64,000 nucleotides of DNA from positions 2,560,001 to 2,624,000 of the forward strand of contig OY776215.1 in the NCBI GenBank assembly GCA_963675495.1. Reading direction: 5' to 3'. Below are positions 19,081 through 29,439 of the stretch, piece after piece; position 1 is the first letter of the stretch; each line of letters opens with the position of its first letter. The stretch is from an uncultured Methanolobus sp. GTDB lineage: Archaea; Halobacteriota; Methanosarcinia; Methanosarcinales; Methanosarcinaceae. Under the pieces are notes generated by a model. The model was not told the DNA's origin. It was given only the letters and a program-made list of their open reading frames with translations, and did no database searches. Position numbers and translations under genes: made by a program.

Positions 19081-20390
19081 GCTTCCTTTTTGGCCTTTAC
19101 CTTTGCAAAGAGCTGCTTGAGGGTGTCCTCATTGCTCTTTGTTTCAGGGAATGGTGAATCTGTGAATGGTTCGAAGTAAACAGGCACATTGTCGAGCCTG
19201 TAGAACGTACCGTCACATTCCATAGCATCAATTACACCAGGCAGAACGACATCTGCTGCTGTGGTTGATGGGCATGGTGCAATATCGAGACAGACCATTG
19301 GTATGTCTGCAAGGTACTTTGCACAATCTGCAGGAATGTGGTTCACAAGGTCAGCGGACATGACGAACGCTGCATCAACATCCTTTTCCCTGAGCAGGTC
19401 CACTGTTGTGGTTTCTCCAGGGTTGTACCTTGGATATCCCTTCATGAAGTCAAGACCGAATGGGTAACCGTAAAGGTAGGATGCAAGCTGGTTGAATCCT
19501 GCTACGTTACAGTGACCTCTAAGAGCACCGATGTTACACTTGGTGTAATTGTTCATCTCTTTGACAAAGTTCAGTGCGATCTCAATGTTCCTGTGCTTTC
19601 CATATGAGGATGAGACACCAAGACCTACGTAGATAGCGACGAAGTTTGATTCCTTCATCATCTCAACTGTCTGCTTCATTGAAGAAATTGGGATTCCTGT
19701 TATCTCTTCAACAGATGGATGAGGTTCCTTTCCGTTAAGGATGGTGAACATTGCACTGAGAAGTTCGTAGTCTGAGCTAGGATTGAGCTGCAGGTGCATA
19801 TCTGATGCAACAGCTGTTGGGGTTACCCTTGGGTCCACTGTGACCATTGTCCTGTCAAACCTTCCTCTCTTTGTCCAGTAACCTCTTGGGAACACGCCAT
19901 ACTTTGACATGTGCCTTGGCATGGATTCCAGTGGGTTAACGCCCCAGTAGACGGTCATGTCGGCTCTGTTCTTTGCCTGACCGGCGGTAGCTCCAACCAT
20001 ACCGGATTCCTGGATTCCCATTACAGTTGGTCCGTGGCAGATTGTTGCGTTGGAATCTGCAGGTGCACCAAGGTATTCAGCTATGTGAAGTCCTACTTCC
20101 TGTGCTTCGCATGAGGTTTCACTTCCAAGGAAGAAAAGTGGGCGTCTTGCATTTGCAAGAATGTCTGCTGACATCTCAAGAGCTTCTTCCCAGCTTACGT
20201 CCTTTACCTTGCCGTTCTCTCTGATGGTTGGCTTTAAGATCCTGTGTGAGCTCACAACTTCCTGGAACTTAGCGGTACCCATCTTACATGCGTTCTGGAC
20301 ATCGATCGTACGGTTCTTAGTGTCCAAATCTATCTGGATGTCGTCACATGAACCTCCACAGACAGGACAGATGATATTCTTAAACACCAT
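19077..20390 (-). CDS. fmdB: Formylmethanofuran dehydrogenase subunit B
   Basis: CPVCGGSCDD, TICHGP (Cys ligand), RGHCNV, GET. Confidence 0.95.
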   Translation of the reverse strand: MVFKNIICPVCGGSCDDIQIDLDTKNRTIDVQNACKMGTAKFQEVVSSHRILKPTIRENGKVKDVSWEEALEMSADILANARRPLFFLGSETSCEAQEVGLHIAEYLGAPADSNATICHGPTVMGIQESGMVGATAGQAKNRADMTVYWGVNPLESMPRHMSKYGVFPRGYWTKRGRFDRTMVTVDPRVTPTAVASDMHLQLNPSSDYELLSAMFTILNGKEPHPSVEEITGIPISSMKQTVEMMKESNFVAIYVGLGVSSSYGKHRNIEIALNFVKEMNNYTKCNIGALRGHCNVAGFNQLASYLYGYPFGLDFMKGYPRYNPGETTTVDLLREKDVDAAFVMSADLVNHIPADCAKYLADIPMVCLDIAPCPSTTAADVVLPGVIDAMECDGTFYRLDNVPVYFEPFTDSPFPETKSNEDTLKQLFAKVKAKKEA

Positions 20391-20391
20391 T

Positions 20392-20781
20392 TTATTCACC
20401 TCCCATGTACAGTTTCAGGACAATTTCCTCGGCGCCTAGAACCTCTTCATCGCTAGGTTCGACCATTACAGGAGCTCCCTTATAGCGTGGTGAACCTGTT
20501 GAGAATGTGTCAGGTTCAACAACAACATTTGCCCAGATTGATCTTGGGATAAATACCTGACCGGATTTCATTGCCTCTGTTACCTTTGGGTAAACTGCAA
20601 CTGTGTGCTTTCCGTCTCTTGATGTAACAGACACTTTCTCCGGGCATCCCAGAGATGTAAAGTCCTCTGCACACATCCAGCAGACTGCACATTCTTTTTT
20701 GTAATCTTCGGAGTACTTATTGCCGCCTTTGGCAAGTCTTCCTTCGTTGATAGTACTTCCTGAATTGAGTAATGCTTGCAT
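20392..20781 (-). CDS. fmdD: Formylmethanofuran dehydrogenase subunit D
   Basis: Molybdopterin dinucleotide-binding domain, FIPRSIWAN..TGSPRYKG; AGGTGA SD before ATG 20781. Confidence 0.92.
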   Translation of the reverse strand: MQALLNSGSTINEGRLAKGGNKYSEDYKKECAVCWMCAEDFTSLGCPEKVSVTSRDGKHTVAVYPKVTEAMKSGQVFIPRSIWANVVVEPDTFSTGSPRYKGAPVMVEPSDEEVLGAEEIVLKLYMGGE

Positions 20782-20791
20782 GAATATCACC

Positions 20792-21601
20792 TCACAGACA
20801 CTCGTTATTGTCACAGGATACATACAGTGTGCCTTTTCCTTTCTGCGGAATGGCATAATCACCTGTGAATTTCATGTATTCTCCAGGGCACTCGATGTCG
20901 TTGAACTTGAGGTCTGACTCGACGTCTGTCATCTCAAATCCTGGTGTGAATCTCTCAATGCAACCACCAATCACGATAGTACCACCGGTCATTTCTGCTC
21001 CAACGGTTCTGAAAGCGTTTCCTTTTACAGCGATAAGACCACCGTTAATACGGATTCCGCAGAAGTGTTTAACATTTCCGCCGATAATGATCTCTCCGCC
21101 ACTAAGGCCGCCGCCAACCTGGCTTACTGCATCTCCGTCAACGGTGATACGTCCACCGGTCATTCCCTTCCAGCTACCACGGTATGCACATCCAAGGTGG
21201 TCCTTTGTGTTACCTTTGATGTGGATCGAGCCACCGCTCATTTCCATACCTACCCATGAATCAGCATCTCCTTCAACAATGATCTCCCCGCCTTCCATTG
21301 CTGATCCAACATGCATTCCAGCAGAGCCTTTGATAAGTACTTTACCGGCTGTCATCTGCTGTCCGATACGCTTGACCCTTGGGATGTCTCCGTCTACGAT
21401 GATGGTGGTGTCTTCTGCTGAGCTTCCACCATTACCTTCCACTGTAAAGAAGTCAGTAAGAGGGTACTCTGCAGGTCCCTGCCAGACGAGTACTTTTCCA
21501 ATCTCATCGGCAGTTTTTCCGGCAAAGTTGTCAGGTGTGACAACCTCTGCCTCTACGGTAAGGTCAAAATTTCCTATTGGTTTAAGAATTACGTCTGCCA
21601 T
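20792..21601 (-). CDS. fmdC: Formylmethanofuran dehydrogenase subunit C
   Basis: GXGXG beta-helix repeats (GxxMxGG), AYRGSWKGM. Confidence 0.95.
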   Translation of the reverse strand: MADVILKPIGNFDLTVEAEVVTPDNFAGKTADEIGKVLVWQGPAEYPLTDFFTVEGNGGSSAEDTTIIVDGDIPRVKRIGQQMTAGKVLIKGSAGMHVGSAMEGGEIIVEGDADSWVGMEMSGGSIHIKGNTKDHLGCAYRGSWKGMTGGRITVDGDAVSQVGGGLSGGEIIIGGNVKHFCGIRINGGLIAVKGNAFRTVGAEMTGGTIVIGGCIERFTPGFEMTDVESDLKFNDIECPGEYMKFTGDYAIPQKGKGTLYVSCDNNECL

Positions 21602-21606
21602 TAAAA

Positions 21607-23361
21607 TCACTTCTCCGCATTGACCTGAATAGGTGTTGGGTTTGCCAGATACTTTTCAGGTGTTGGATATCGGTCGAAACCAATTGTGTAGTACTTGAAC
21701 CACTTCTTTACATCTGCAAGCATGTTCTTCTCATCGTCTGCATCTATTGCAATATCCGTGTAGAAGGTGTTCTTCTCAGGGATTGCAACGATCTCGCCCA
21801 TTTGGGATACGACCTCTCCTGCCTTGATGGTGTATGCAGTGTTCTCAAAGCCTCTTACGATGCTCTCGTAGTCGTTGACCTCGAGCTTCTTTGGATCGAT
21901 GTTGAAGATAGCAACGTCACCGTCTGCTCCAACACCAAGTGTACCCTTCCTGTATGACATTCCAATTGTTCTGGCAGAGTTTGCACGTGTGATCGTAGCG
22001 ATCTCGCTAAGTGTCATTTCTCTTGTCTCTGCACCCAGATCTGTTCTGTCCTGTGCCCACTTGTGACATTCTGCGAATGTGTCCTGTCTTGCCTTGTTGG
22101 ACATAAGCCATGCAATGACCTGTGGGTATTTGATGAATGGTCCACCGTTAGGGCTATCGGTTGTCATGATGGTCTTCCATGCGTCCTTTACGTAGAGAAG
22201 TGATTCAAGACCCATTGCCCACTGCACACTGTGTACAGGGTTGCCCTTTAGATATTCGAATGGAAGTACACCTGATCCACACTCACACTCTACATCGGTG
22301 TTTGACCACTTGTGACCTGTAAGTACGTAGAGGTCATGGATTGCAGGACCGTCACCGGTCATAACAGTTGCATCACCGAAAGGTACACATCCACTGTCAA
22401 ATACAACATGGTCGTTGCTGTTGACGTAGTCAGTAATTCCTTTTACACCAGACTCGAAGTCTCTCCAGGATGTACCGCCAAAAGCATTGAACTGGCAGTG
22501 TGTGAGATAAACTGACTCATGCCTTTTTGCATTTCTTTTAGTCTCGGCCCATTCAACGTCGGTGTTTGGCTTTGCCTTTACACTCTTAGGTATCTTGAGT
22601 GAGTCCCTTGTGATTTCCCAGCATCCAGGGTGACCAAGGTTATTTGCGTGCAGGTGCACAGGCATTGGGATTCCGAGTTTTTCGTTCAGTTCTGCCAGAT
22701 TCTTAATCATTTCTTCCGGTGTGGTTTCGAAATGAATGTTTGCCTGGTCAAGAGCTCCAACGTTCTCTCCCCATCCCCAGTTCTCTACACCAGCAGGATT
22801 GACACATTTTATACCATAGGTCTTGTGTGTCTTCATCATCCATGAAACATATGCTGCTGCCTTTTCAATATCTCCTTCTTTGAGATATCTCATGAGGAAC
22901 CAGTTGTTACCCAGTACAAGGTATCCACCCATGTCAAGCATAGGGGTTGAGCGCATTTCCTCGTGTGTGTGGCGTGCTTCCATTGGTGGGACAGCTGCCT
23001 CGAAAACAGTTGTGTATCCCATTTTGGAGTACTCGTATCCTCCAAGGTAAACTGAAGGTACAGTATATCCTGAACCTGAGTGAGTGAGTGGCGTTCTCTT
23101 CTGGTAGTGCTTGTAGTGGTCCTCAGGTCTCATGGTCCTGCCTGTATTGACCTTTGCTCCTGCTACGTGGGAGTGTGAGTCGACACCACCGGGCATAACA
23201 GTTTTGCCCTTTGCATCGATTTCCTTTACATCTTTCATGTCTGCGCCGGAAAGTTCTGTTACGACCTTTCCGTTTTTGATGAAGATGTCCATCATTTCCC
23301 CGTCTATCTCGTTGAGGGGATCATAAACGTAACCGTTCTTGATTGCAATAGTTCCTGCCAT
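21607..23361 (-). CDS. fmdA: Formylmethanofuran dehydrogenase subunit A
   Basis: Amidohydrolase DSHSH, KCVNP, HLHANNLG, TTDSPNGGP; GGAGG SD. Confidence 0.95.
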   Translation of the reverse strand: MAGTIAIKNGYVYDPLNEIDGEMMDIFIKNGKVVTELSGADMKDVKEIDAKGKTVMPGGVDSHSHVAGAKVNTGRTMRPEDHYKHYQKRTPLTHSGSGYTVPSVYLGGYEYSKMGYTTVFEAAVPPMEARHTHEEMRSTPMLDMGGYLVLGNNWFLMRYLKEGDIEKAAAYVSWMMKTHKTYGIKCVNPAGVENWGWGENVGALDQANIHFETTPEEMIKNLAELNEKLGIPMPVHLHANNLGHPGCWEITRDSLKIPKSVKAKPNTDVEWAETKRNAKRHESVYLTHCQFNAFGGTSWRDFESGVKGITDYVNSNDHVVFDSGCVPFGDATVMTGDGPAIHDLYVLTGHKWSNTDVECECGSGVLPFEYLKGNPVHSVQWAMGLESLLYVKDAWKTIMTTDSPNGGPFIKYPQVIAWLMSNKARQDTFAECHKWAQDRTDLGAETREMTLSEIATITRANSARTIGMSYRKGTLGVGADGDVAIFNIDPKKLEVNDYESIVRGFENTAYTIKAGEVVSQMGEIVAIPEKNTFYTDIAIDADDEKNMLADVKKWFKYYTIGFDRYPTPEKYLANPTPIQVNAEK

Positions 23362-23363
23362 TT

Positions 23364-24383
23364 TTATTCCTCCCTTCTCACAAGTGTGATGGCACCTACC
23401 GGACAGATCATAGCACATGCAGCATCTGAACCGCACATATCCTGGTTTACAACCTGTGCTACACCATTCCTTACTTCAAGGACCTTCTTTGCATCGACTT
23501 CATTCAGGTATCCAGCTCCAACCTCTTCATCAGTTGCATTTACCGGACAGACGATAACACAGTTTCCACATCCAAGACATGCATCTTCATCGATGACAAG
23601 TGTGGACGTGAGTGTTGGTCTCTTCATTTCAACATTGAGTAACTTCTTTTCGAGAAGTGTCTTCTTCTCGACCTCAGGGATAATGGCTGTCTTTGTAACA
23701 GTAATTGCATTTACCGGACAGGCCATGTCACACGCGCCACAGTATATGCATGCATCAGCACGCTGTGCAACCTTGTCCACTCTCTCTCCGGCATCCCAGT
23801 CAGGGTTGAAGAGCGCATTACATGGACATGTGTCTATGCAGCTGCGGCAGGCAGTACAGGTATTCTCATCCCTGAACCAAGTTCCTTCAAATGGCTTTTC
23901 AACGCTGATAGCTTCAGCAGGACAGACAGTCTCACACCATCCGCAGTGTATACAACACTCGGTATCAATTATCGTCTCACCGTCAACACTTGCGGTTCCG
24001 TCATTTGACAGCCACTGTTTTACTTCAATGCATCCCTGCGGACATATTTGTTCGCAAAGTCCACAGTGAACACAGTTGTCATTGACAGTTGTGTCTTTAA
24101 GTGCAACGCTTAAGTAACTATTGTCATTTACAGGCTCTCCTGCCTGTTTCAGTTCGAGTGCACCTGTAGGGCATGTCTTTGCACAGATTCCACATACAAT
24201 GCAGAGTTCTGTCTGGTTCTCAAGGAAATCTTTGTCTATGAGTCCTCTTGCTACGGCTCCCACTGAACCGAGAACTAATGAACCTTTAGGACATGCCATT
24301 ACGCACGTTCCGCAACCGATACACTTCTCTGGAGTGTATTCAAGTTGCTTGTCGTCTTTTACTCCAAACACTACTTCGTTCAT
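23364..24383 (-). CDS. fmdF: Formylmethanofuran dehydrogenase polyferredoxin subunit F
   Basis: About eight CxxCxxCxxxCP motifs; first gene of the operon. Confidence 0.92.
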   Translation of the reverse strand: MNEVVFGVKDDKQLEYTPEKCIGCGTCVMACPKGSLVLGSVGAVARGLIDKDFLENQTELCIVCGICAKTCPTGALELKQAGEPVNDNSYLSVALKDTTVNDNCVHCGLCEQICPQGCIEVKQWLSNDGTASVDGETIIDTECCIHCGWCETVCPAEAISVEKPFEGTWFRDENTCTACRSCIDTCPCNALFNPDWDAGERVDKVAQRADACIYCGACDMACPVNAITVTKTAIIPEVEKKTLLEKKLLNVEMKRPTLTSTLVIDEDACLGCGNCVIVCPVNATDEEVGAGYLNEVDAKKVLEVRNGVAQVVNQDMCGSDAACAMICPVGAITLVRREE

Positions 24384-24612
24384 CTGATCTTCTCCGTAAT
24401 CCTGCCTATGAATACAAATGCTTTCAGGTCGATGTCCTGTAAATTATATGCACCAGTTCTGCAAATTAATTGCAGATATGATACTGATGTTTGCTAAAGA
24501 ACATTTTTCAGTTTAGCACTTTAATGTGTTTGCGGGCATGAATACGCCTTTTTTCAACAAACTTTTCCTTTCAGGCAAAAAGCCATTTAGGTTAGCCTGC
24601 TTACAATCTTGA

Positions 24613-24702
24613 CTTAAATGATCGTGTCACTATTCTTAAATGATCTCCAGATCCGATGGACAGGAGAATTGTAATTATAGTGACACGTATTTGTTATAAA
24701 AG
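24613..24702 (-). promoter_or_regulatory. fmd operon promoter with inverted and direct repeats
   Basis: Minus-strand TATA CTTTTATAA 24694-24702; IR CGTGTCACTAT 24623-24633 / 24677-24687; DR CTTAAATGATC 24613 and 24635. Confidence 0.55.
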
Positions 24703-24901
24703 TATCGTTTGTACCTGTTGTTGATTGTACTTTCCAGAGTTGTGTTTTTTCCTCTGCAGGGCAACATATGAAATTTTATAATGGTCGGAATACTACTCGG
24801 TGACTTTATATACAACTACTTGTCCCATATTACATGGGGTATATATTTGGGTTTCATAATGTTCGTATCAGTTTATTTTAATATGTCTATTTTTTATTAT
24901 T

Positions 24902-25462
24902 TTGTACCGTTTGCCAGGAGATGAGAATATTCCTTTGATGAGTATAATAGGTTGCACGGAATTTGAGAAAGAGATCGTGAAATTGTTGGCTGAAGATAAG
25001 ATGATCGATCACCTGATCGTAGTGGGTGGTTCCAGATCATCAGAGCTTATAAATGACCTCGAACAGATCGGTTTAGCACCACATGTGCTTTTTCCGGAAA
25101 CAATACCGTGTGGTTTAAAGAAAAGTAAAGGATTCAATGTACTTGTGACTTTACAGGATAATGATTCATATAGTTCATCAGGTCATATGAAGAAAGAAAT
25201 TTATGAAAAAATAAAATTCTATGGTCTTGTATCCAGTGGTATCCTTATGTTCTATGGTTCATGTGAAGGAATATTTGATGATGCTCTTCTGGATTTTCAG
25301 AATAGGAAGTTTTTCCTTGAATTTTTATCTTCAGAAAATGGGGGTTATATGGGAAATGGGGTAGATGATTGTTTTTCAAATAACAAAGATGCCCATACTC
25401 CTGAACTTATCGAAAAATACAGGAATTGCTACAACAAGCTTAAAGAACAAATGCTTTCGTAA
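24902..25462 (+). CDS. Hypothetical protein, DUF1638-like
   Basis: MSIIGC..E.E N-terminus, ILMFYGSC and VDDC resemble Methanosarcinales DUF1638 proteins; start uncertain. Confidence 0.55.
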   Translation: MYRLPGDENIPLMSIIGCTEFEKEIVKLLAEDKMIDHLIVVGGSRSSELINDLEQIGLAPHVLFPETIPCGLKKSKGFNVLVTLQDNDSYSSSGHMKKEIYEKIKFYGLVSSGILMFYGSCEGIFDDALLDFQNRKFFLEFLSSENGGYMGNGVDDCFSNNKDAHTPELIEKYRNCYNKLKEQMLS

Positions 25463-25610
25463 CTATTATGATTTGAAGTGTTTATCCCTGTTTTCTTTCT
25501 TTTGAACATTATTCTTTAATAGTTTATAGTAATGGTATGGATTAACACAGTGATTCGCCTGGAAGCAGTGGTGAATCTTTGTCAATCTATAAATGTTACA
25601 GGGATATTGA

Positions 25611-26474
25611 ATGGTCTTAAAAGGAAATGCTTATGCACTTGGTGCTGGTACGGTCATCAACGCAATAGCCACATGGAAAGGTGCGGCTTTTGGTATTGAT
25701 CTTAAAACGTTTGCAGATGTGAGACTTTTTGATGATGCATCTGGTATAAATGGAACGATTGAAGGCATGCCTGATGCAGATACAAGACTGATCGAGAATT
25801 CTGTATCTTATGTACTTGAGCATTTTGGCATTGATATGGGTGGGACCGTAACGACAAGATCAGATGTTCCTCTTGCAAGTGGTCTCAAAAGTAGTAGTGC
25901 TGCAGCGAACGCATCTGTCCTTGCTACGCTTGCTGCTATCGGTGAAGAACTCGATCCATTTGAAGCAGTAAAAATAGGTGTAAGGGCTGCTCTTGATGCA
26001 AAAGTAACAATTACAGGAGCTCTGGATGATGCATGTGCTTCATTTTATGGAGGTTTTGTTGTAACTGACAACAGGGAAATGAAGTTGCTTAAAAGAACAG
26101 AGCATGAATATGACGTATTGATATTTGCACCGGATGAAAAATCATTCAGTTCCAACACCAATGTTTCACGTTCCCAGATGATTGCTCCATGGGTGGATAT
26201 TGCATATGATCTGTCTCTAAAAGGTGAGTTCGAAAAAGCAATGACTCTTAATGGTTTTCTTTATTGCAGTGCACTTGGTTTTGATACTGAGTTCCTGATG
26301 CGTGCACTGGAGATCGGTGTGAAAGGTGTTTCACTTTCAGGTACAGGGCCGTCTTATGTGGCACTTGTCACTGCAGATCAGTCGGGTGAGCTGGAGGATG
26401 CATGGAATGACTGTGGTAGCAGCGGAACCATGATAAAGACTAACATACATAATAAGGGTGCAAGTATAATCTAA
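25611..26474 (+). CDS. aroK: Archaeal shikimate kinase (GHMP family)
   Basis: NAIATWKG, GLKSSSAAAN, TGALDDA, SGTGPS. Confidence 0.95.
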   Translation: MVLKGNAYALGAGTVINAIATWKGAAFGIDLKTFADVRLFDDASGINGTIEGMPDADTRLIENSVSYVLEHFGIDMGGTVTTRSDVPLASGLKSSSAAANASVLATLAAIGEELDPFEAVKIGVRAALDAKVTITGALDDACASFYGGFVVTDNREMKLLKRTEHEYDVLIFAPDEKSFSSNTNVSRSQMIAPWVDIAYDLSLKGEFEKAMTLNGFLYCSALGFDTEFLMRALEIGVKGVSLSGTGPSYVALVTADQSGELEDAWNDCGSSGTMIKTNIHNKGASII

Positions 26475-26501
26475 TGCTTAGTTTAAATTAGCGGGGAATA
26501 C

Positions 26502-26789
26502 ATGTCCACTATCAAAGAAGTACGCGAAGAAATAGAACAGATTGATAGCGAGATCATACAGCTTATTCATAAAAGGGTTGGTATGGCTGCAAAGGTACTG
26601 GAAGCCAAGAAAAAAGAAGGGATAAACATCAATGATCCTTCACAGAACACGGTGGTACAGGATCGTGCAGTTGATGCTGCAATAGAATTGAACCTTGATG
26701 CTTCTGCTGTCAAGGAGATGTTCGATATACTTATCCGTATGAATATAGAACGTCAGCAAGAGTTAAGAGGCGAAGGTAATCTTCCTTAG
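26502..26789 (+). CDS. aroQ: Chorismate mutase (AroQ type)
   Basis: R.EI..ID..II.LI.KR pattern; follows aroK. Confidence 0.9.
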   Translation: MSTIKEVREEIEQIDSEIIQLIHKRVGMAAKVLEAKKKEGININDPSQNTVVQDRAVDAAIELNLDASAVKEMFDILIRMNIERQQELRGEGNLP

Positions 26790-26798
26790 GAGTAGAAA

Positions 26799-27188
26799 AT
26801 GGTTGATATTGCAATAGTAATGGGGTCTGAGTCCGACAGGGCCGTGGCAAACAGAGTGACGGGTGTTCTTGATAGCACAGACTATTCTTATGATGTTCAG
26901 GTTATATCTGCACATCGTAATCCTGATAAACTGGATGAATATGTCTCACAGAGTGATTCAAAAGTATACATCGCTATAGCAGGTCTTTCTGCTGCACTTC
27001 CAGGTGTGATCGCTTCCAAAACGAAGATACCGGTAATTGGCGTTCCTGTAAGCTCAAAGATGATGGGTCTTGATGCCTTGCTATCTACTGCACAGATGCC
27101 TCCGGGTGTACCGGTTGCAAGTGTGGGTGTTGACAACGGGGCAAATGCAGCTTATCTTGCAATAAGAATACTGGATCTGATTCAGTAA
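26799..27188 (+). CDS. purE: N5-CAIR mutase / AIR carboxylase
   Basis: [30 protein letters not shown]. Confidence 0.95.
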   Translation: MVDIAIVMGSESDRAVANRVTGVLDSTDYSYDVQVISAHRNPDKLDEYVSQSDSKVYIAIAGLSAALPGVIASKTKIPVIGVPVSSKMMGLDALLSTAQMPPGVPVASVGVDNGANAAYLAIRILDLIQ

Positions 27189-28063
27189 TCTATTTTATTT
27201 AGCTGGAAGATACATTGCTCGTCTCCATTTCCCATGGTTTCAAGCACATCAACTTCCATATCCTGTCCATAAATATCTATTATTCTTGAGAATATTCCTC
27301 GTGACAGGGTACAAAGTATGGGGTTTAGCTGTGCTTCCTCTTTTCCCCATGGGCACACGTTTCCCTGTAGTGTGAAAATGGAATTTTCATCTGACAGTAA
27401 TTCAGACTTAAAATCTGCTCCAAGCTGATTTATTATCTGGCAGCAAATATCGCCTATGCCTTCATAGCTCATAACTTCATCTTCTGTATTTTCCATTATT
27501 GATTCTACGACCATATCTATCATCTGGTGTATAATAATACTTTTTTGTTCACCAGGTAATGTTTTCAGGAGTACTGGAATGATTTGTGTGAGCACGGACC
27601 TGATCTTATTTTGTAAATTGAGTTTATCCCTCTCTGCCAGAAGGTCATAATGCATGTTCTTTAGCTTAATTAATGAGCTTATGCGAGTCAAAAGTTCCAT
27701 CTTGTTGACTGGTTTTGTCAGGAATTCATCAGCTCCTGCCTCTATGCCTGCTATCCAGTCATCTCTTCCTGAGAGAGCCGTTACCATAATAACAGGTATG
27801 AATTGGGTTTCTGGGTCTCTCTTGAGAATTTCACATACCTGGTAGCCATTAATGTCAGGCATCATGACATCAAGAAGAATCACATCAGGCTTTTCTTCAC
27901 CCACCAGTTTAAGCGCCTCATTCCCATTTATGGCTGAAATAACTGCATATTCTCCTTCAAGATATGCCTTAAGCAATTCTATATTCATTACTTCATCATC
28001 AACGATGAGTATTTTTGAATCAGTGGTGGATGATATAATGGTAAAAACTCCTTGATACCTCAT
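27182..28063 (-). CDS. Response regulator with methanogen output (V4R-like) domain
   Basis: ILIVDD, LLDVMMP, FLTKP receiver; C-terminal CPW..NPILC..RG...GDEQC; start uncertain. Confidence 0.85.
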   Translation of the reverse strand: MRYQGVFTIISSTTDSKILIVDDEVMNIELLKAYLEGEYAVISAINGNEALKLVGEEKPDVILLDVMMPDINGYQVCEILKRDPETQFIPVIMVTALSGRDDWIAGIEAGADEFLTKPVNKMELLTRISSLIKLKNMHYDLLAERDKLNLQNKIRSVLTQIIPVLLKTLPGEQKSIIIHQMIDMVVESIMENTEDEVMSYEGIGDICCQIINQLGADFKSELLSDENSIFTLQGNVCPWGKEEAQLNPILCTLSRGIFSRIIDIYGQDMEVDVLETMGNGDEQCIFQLNKIDY

Positions 28064-28245
28064 TTGATAAGCTTTTGATCGAACGATGCAGGTCTGTTTA
28101 ATATTTAATTGTATATTATAATTTTTATTATATATACATGGTGGCAATGTGCTCTATCATGGAGTTTCTAAAGAAAATCCAAAGCCAACACTATGTGTGT
28201 TTTTGCAAAGTTATTAAAAAAAAGTGAATAAATCTCGGGATGATT

Positions 28246-29043
28246 TTAGAGCTCTATTAATTTAGCCTTCGATCCTTTTAGGCTTATACCTGCAGATGTG
28301 ATGTCAAATACGTTGATGTCAAGGGTTATCTTCGTACTTCGCATTTTTGGTATACTCAGGAATCGCTCATTCTTGCCGGTATATGGGTTTTCCTTCACCA
28401 TTAATTTGACAGCTCCGTAAGTGGAATAATCTGCGATCTTGTGTGTCATCTCATAGGCGGCTTCATCCATTATGTATAGTGTAGTAGTTTCCTGTTGTGC
28501 AAGCAAACGATTAATCGTATCAAACTTGTCTCTGAACTCTTTAGCTTCAAGTCCAAAAGCCAGTACTCCTATATTATCAATGACTGCCACATCAGCATCT
28601 TCAGATATAAGTCTTACAAGATCAATAATGTCTATTTCTTCAATATTGAATCCTTCCTGGTCAGGTCTTATTGATCTGTCAAGCTGGGTTTCTTCTATGA
28701 TCTGTATTTCAGTATCACTGAAATCATCTATCAGATGAGCTTCTCTTGCAATGGCTCTGGTTCTATATTCTATAACTTGTTTAATTTGAAGCTGACCTTT
28801 CTCTATGAAGGATTCAAGGCCAAGACCAAGCATTGCTGCCTGTTCTAAAAGATCGCTGGGTGTTTCTTCGGTTGCCACCATTATGCATTTTTTCCCATCC
28901 ATGCATGATTTATGTAGAAAATGTAATCCGAATATAGTCTTACCGGCACCAGGTACTCCAGTAATGAGGATCCCTTTTCCTTTTGGATAACCACCGCTGA
29001 TCTTTTTATCCAGATTCGCTATTCCTGTGGGCATTCTTTCCAT
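28246..29043 (-). CDS. Single-domain KaiC/RAD55-family ATPase
   Basis: TGI..LD, GVPGAGKT, TEE, VIDN, PKMR. Confidence 0.9.
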   Translation of the reverse strand: MERMPTGIANLDKKISGGYPKGKGILITGVPGAGKTIFGLHFLHKSCMDGKKCIMVATEETPSDLLEQAAMLGLGLESFIEKGQLQIKQVIEYRTRAIAREAHLIDDFSDTEIQIIEETQLDRSIRPDQEGFNIEEIDIIDLVRLISEDADVAVIDNIGVLAFGLEAKEFRDKFDTINRLLAQQETTTLYIMDEAAYEMTHKIADYSTYGAVKLMVKENPYTGKNERFLSIPKMRSTKITLDINVFDITSAGISLKGSKAKLIEL

Positions 29044-29439
29044 TTATATCACGCTAGGCCTGAAGACTATCTATCTTTCACAAATTTATATATTATTTAT
29101 GATAATATATTATATAAATATATTCTTGTTCATTAGTTATACATTTATTCCCATTTCCTGCTTATGGGCTTGTGTGATTTTATTAGTTTGGAATTCTGAT
29201 TCTTTACTTCAAGGTCAGATTGTTTTTTATTTCGATTTTATTTGAGTCCTCTTTACGAATAATATTTATAGATTCAGTCCAAAAAACAAGAGGGGGATTG
29301 GACATTTATTTCTGTCTTTACGGGTAGGCTACAAGTAAGGCATTGATTTGAATTTGTATAGTGAACTGGCATATCTTATAATATCATTTTGGGGTGTTAC
29401 CTATCTTATTTAATTCACGGAAACTAAAAGGGGATAATT

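Noticed and set aside
19077-20390. Selenocysteine in FmdB
   Set aside because: The metal-ligand position is a Cys codon (TICHGP); no in-frame TGA
20865-24387. Long + strand ORFs (252, 227, 88 aa) opposite fmdC/A/F
   Set aside because: Antisense shadows of strongly codon-biased genes
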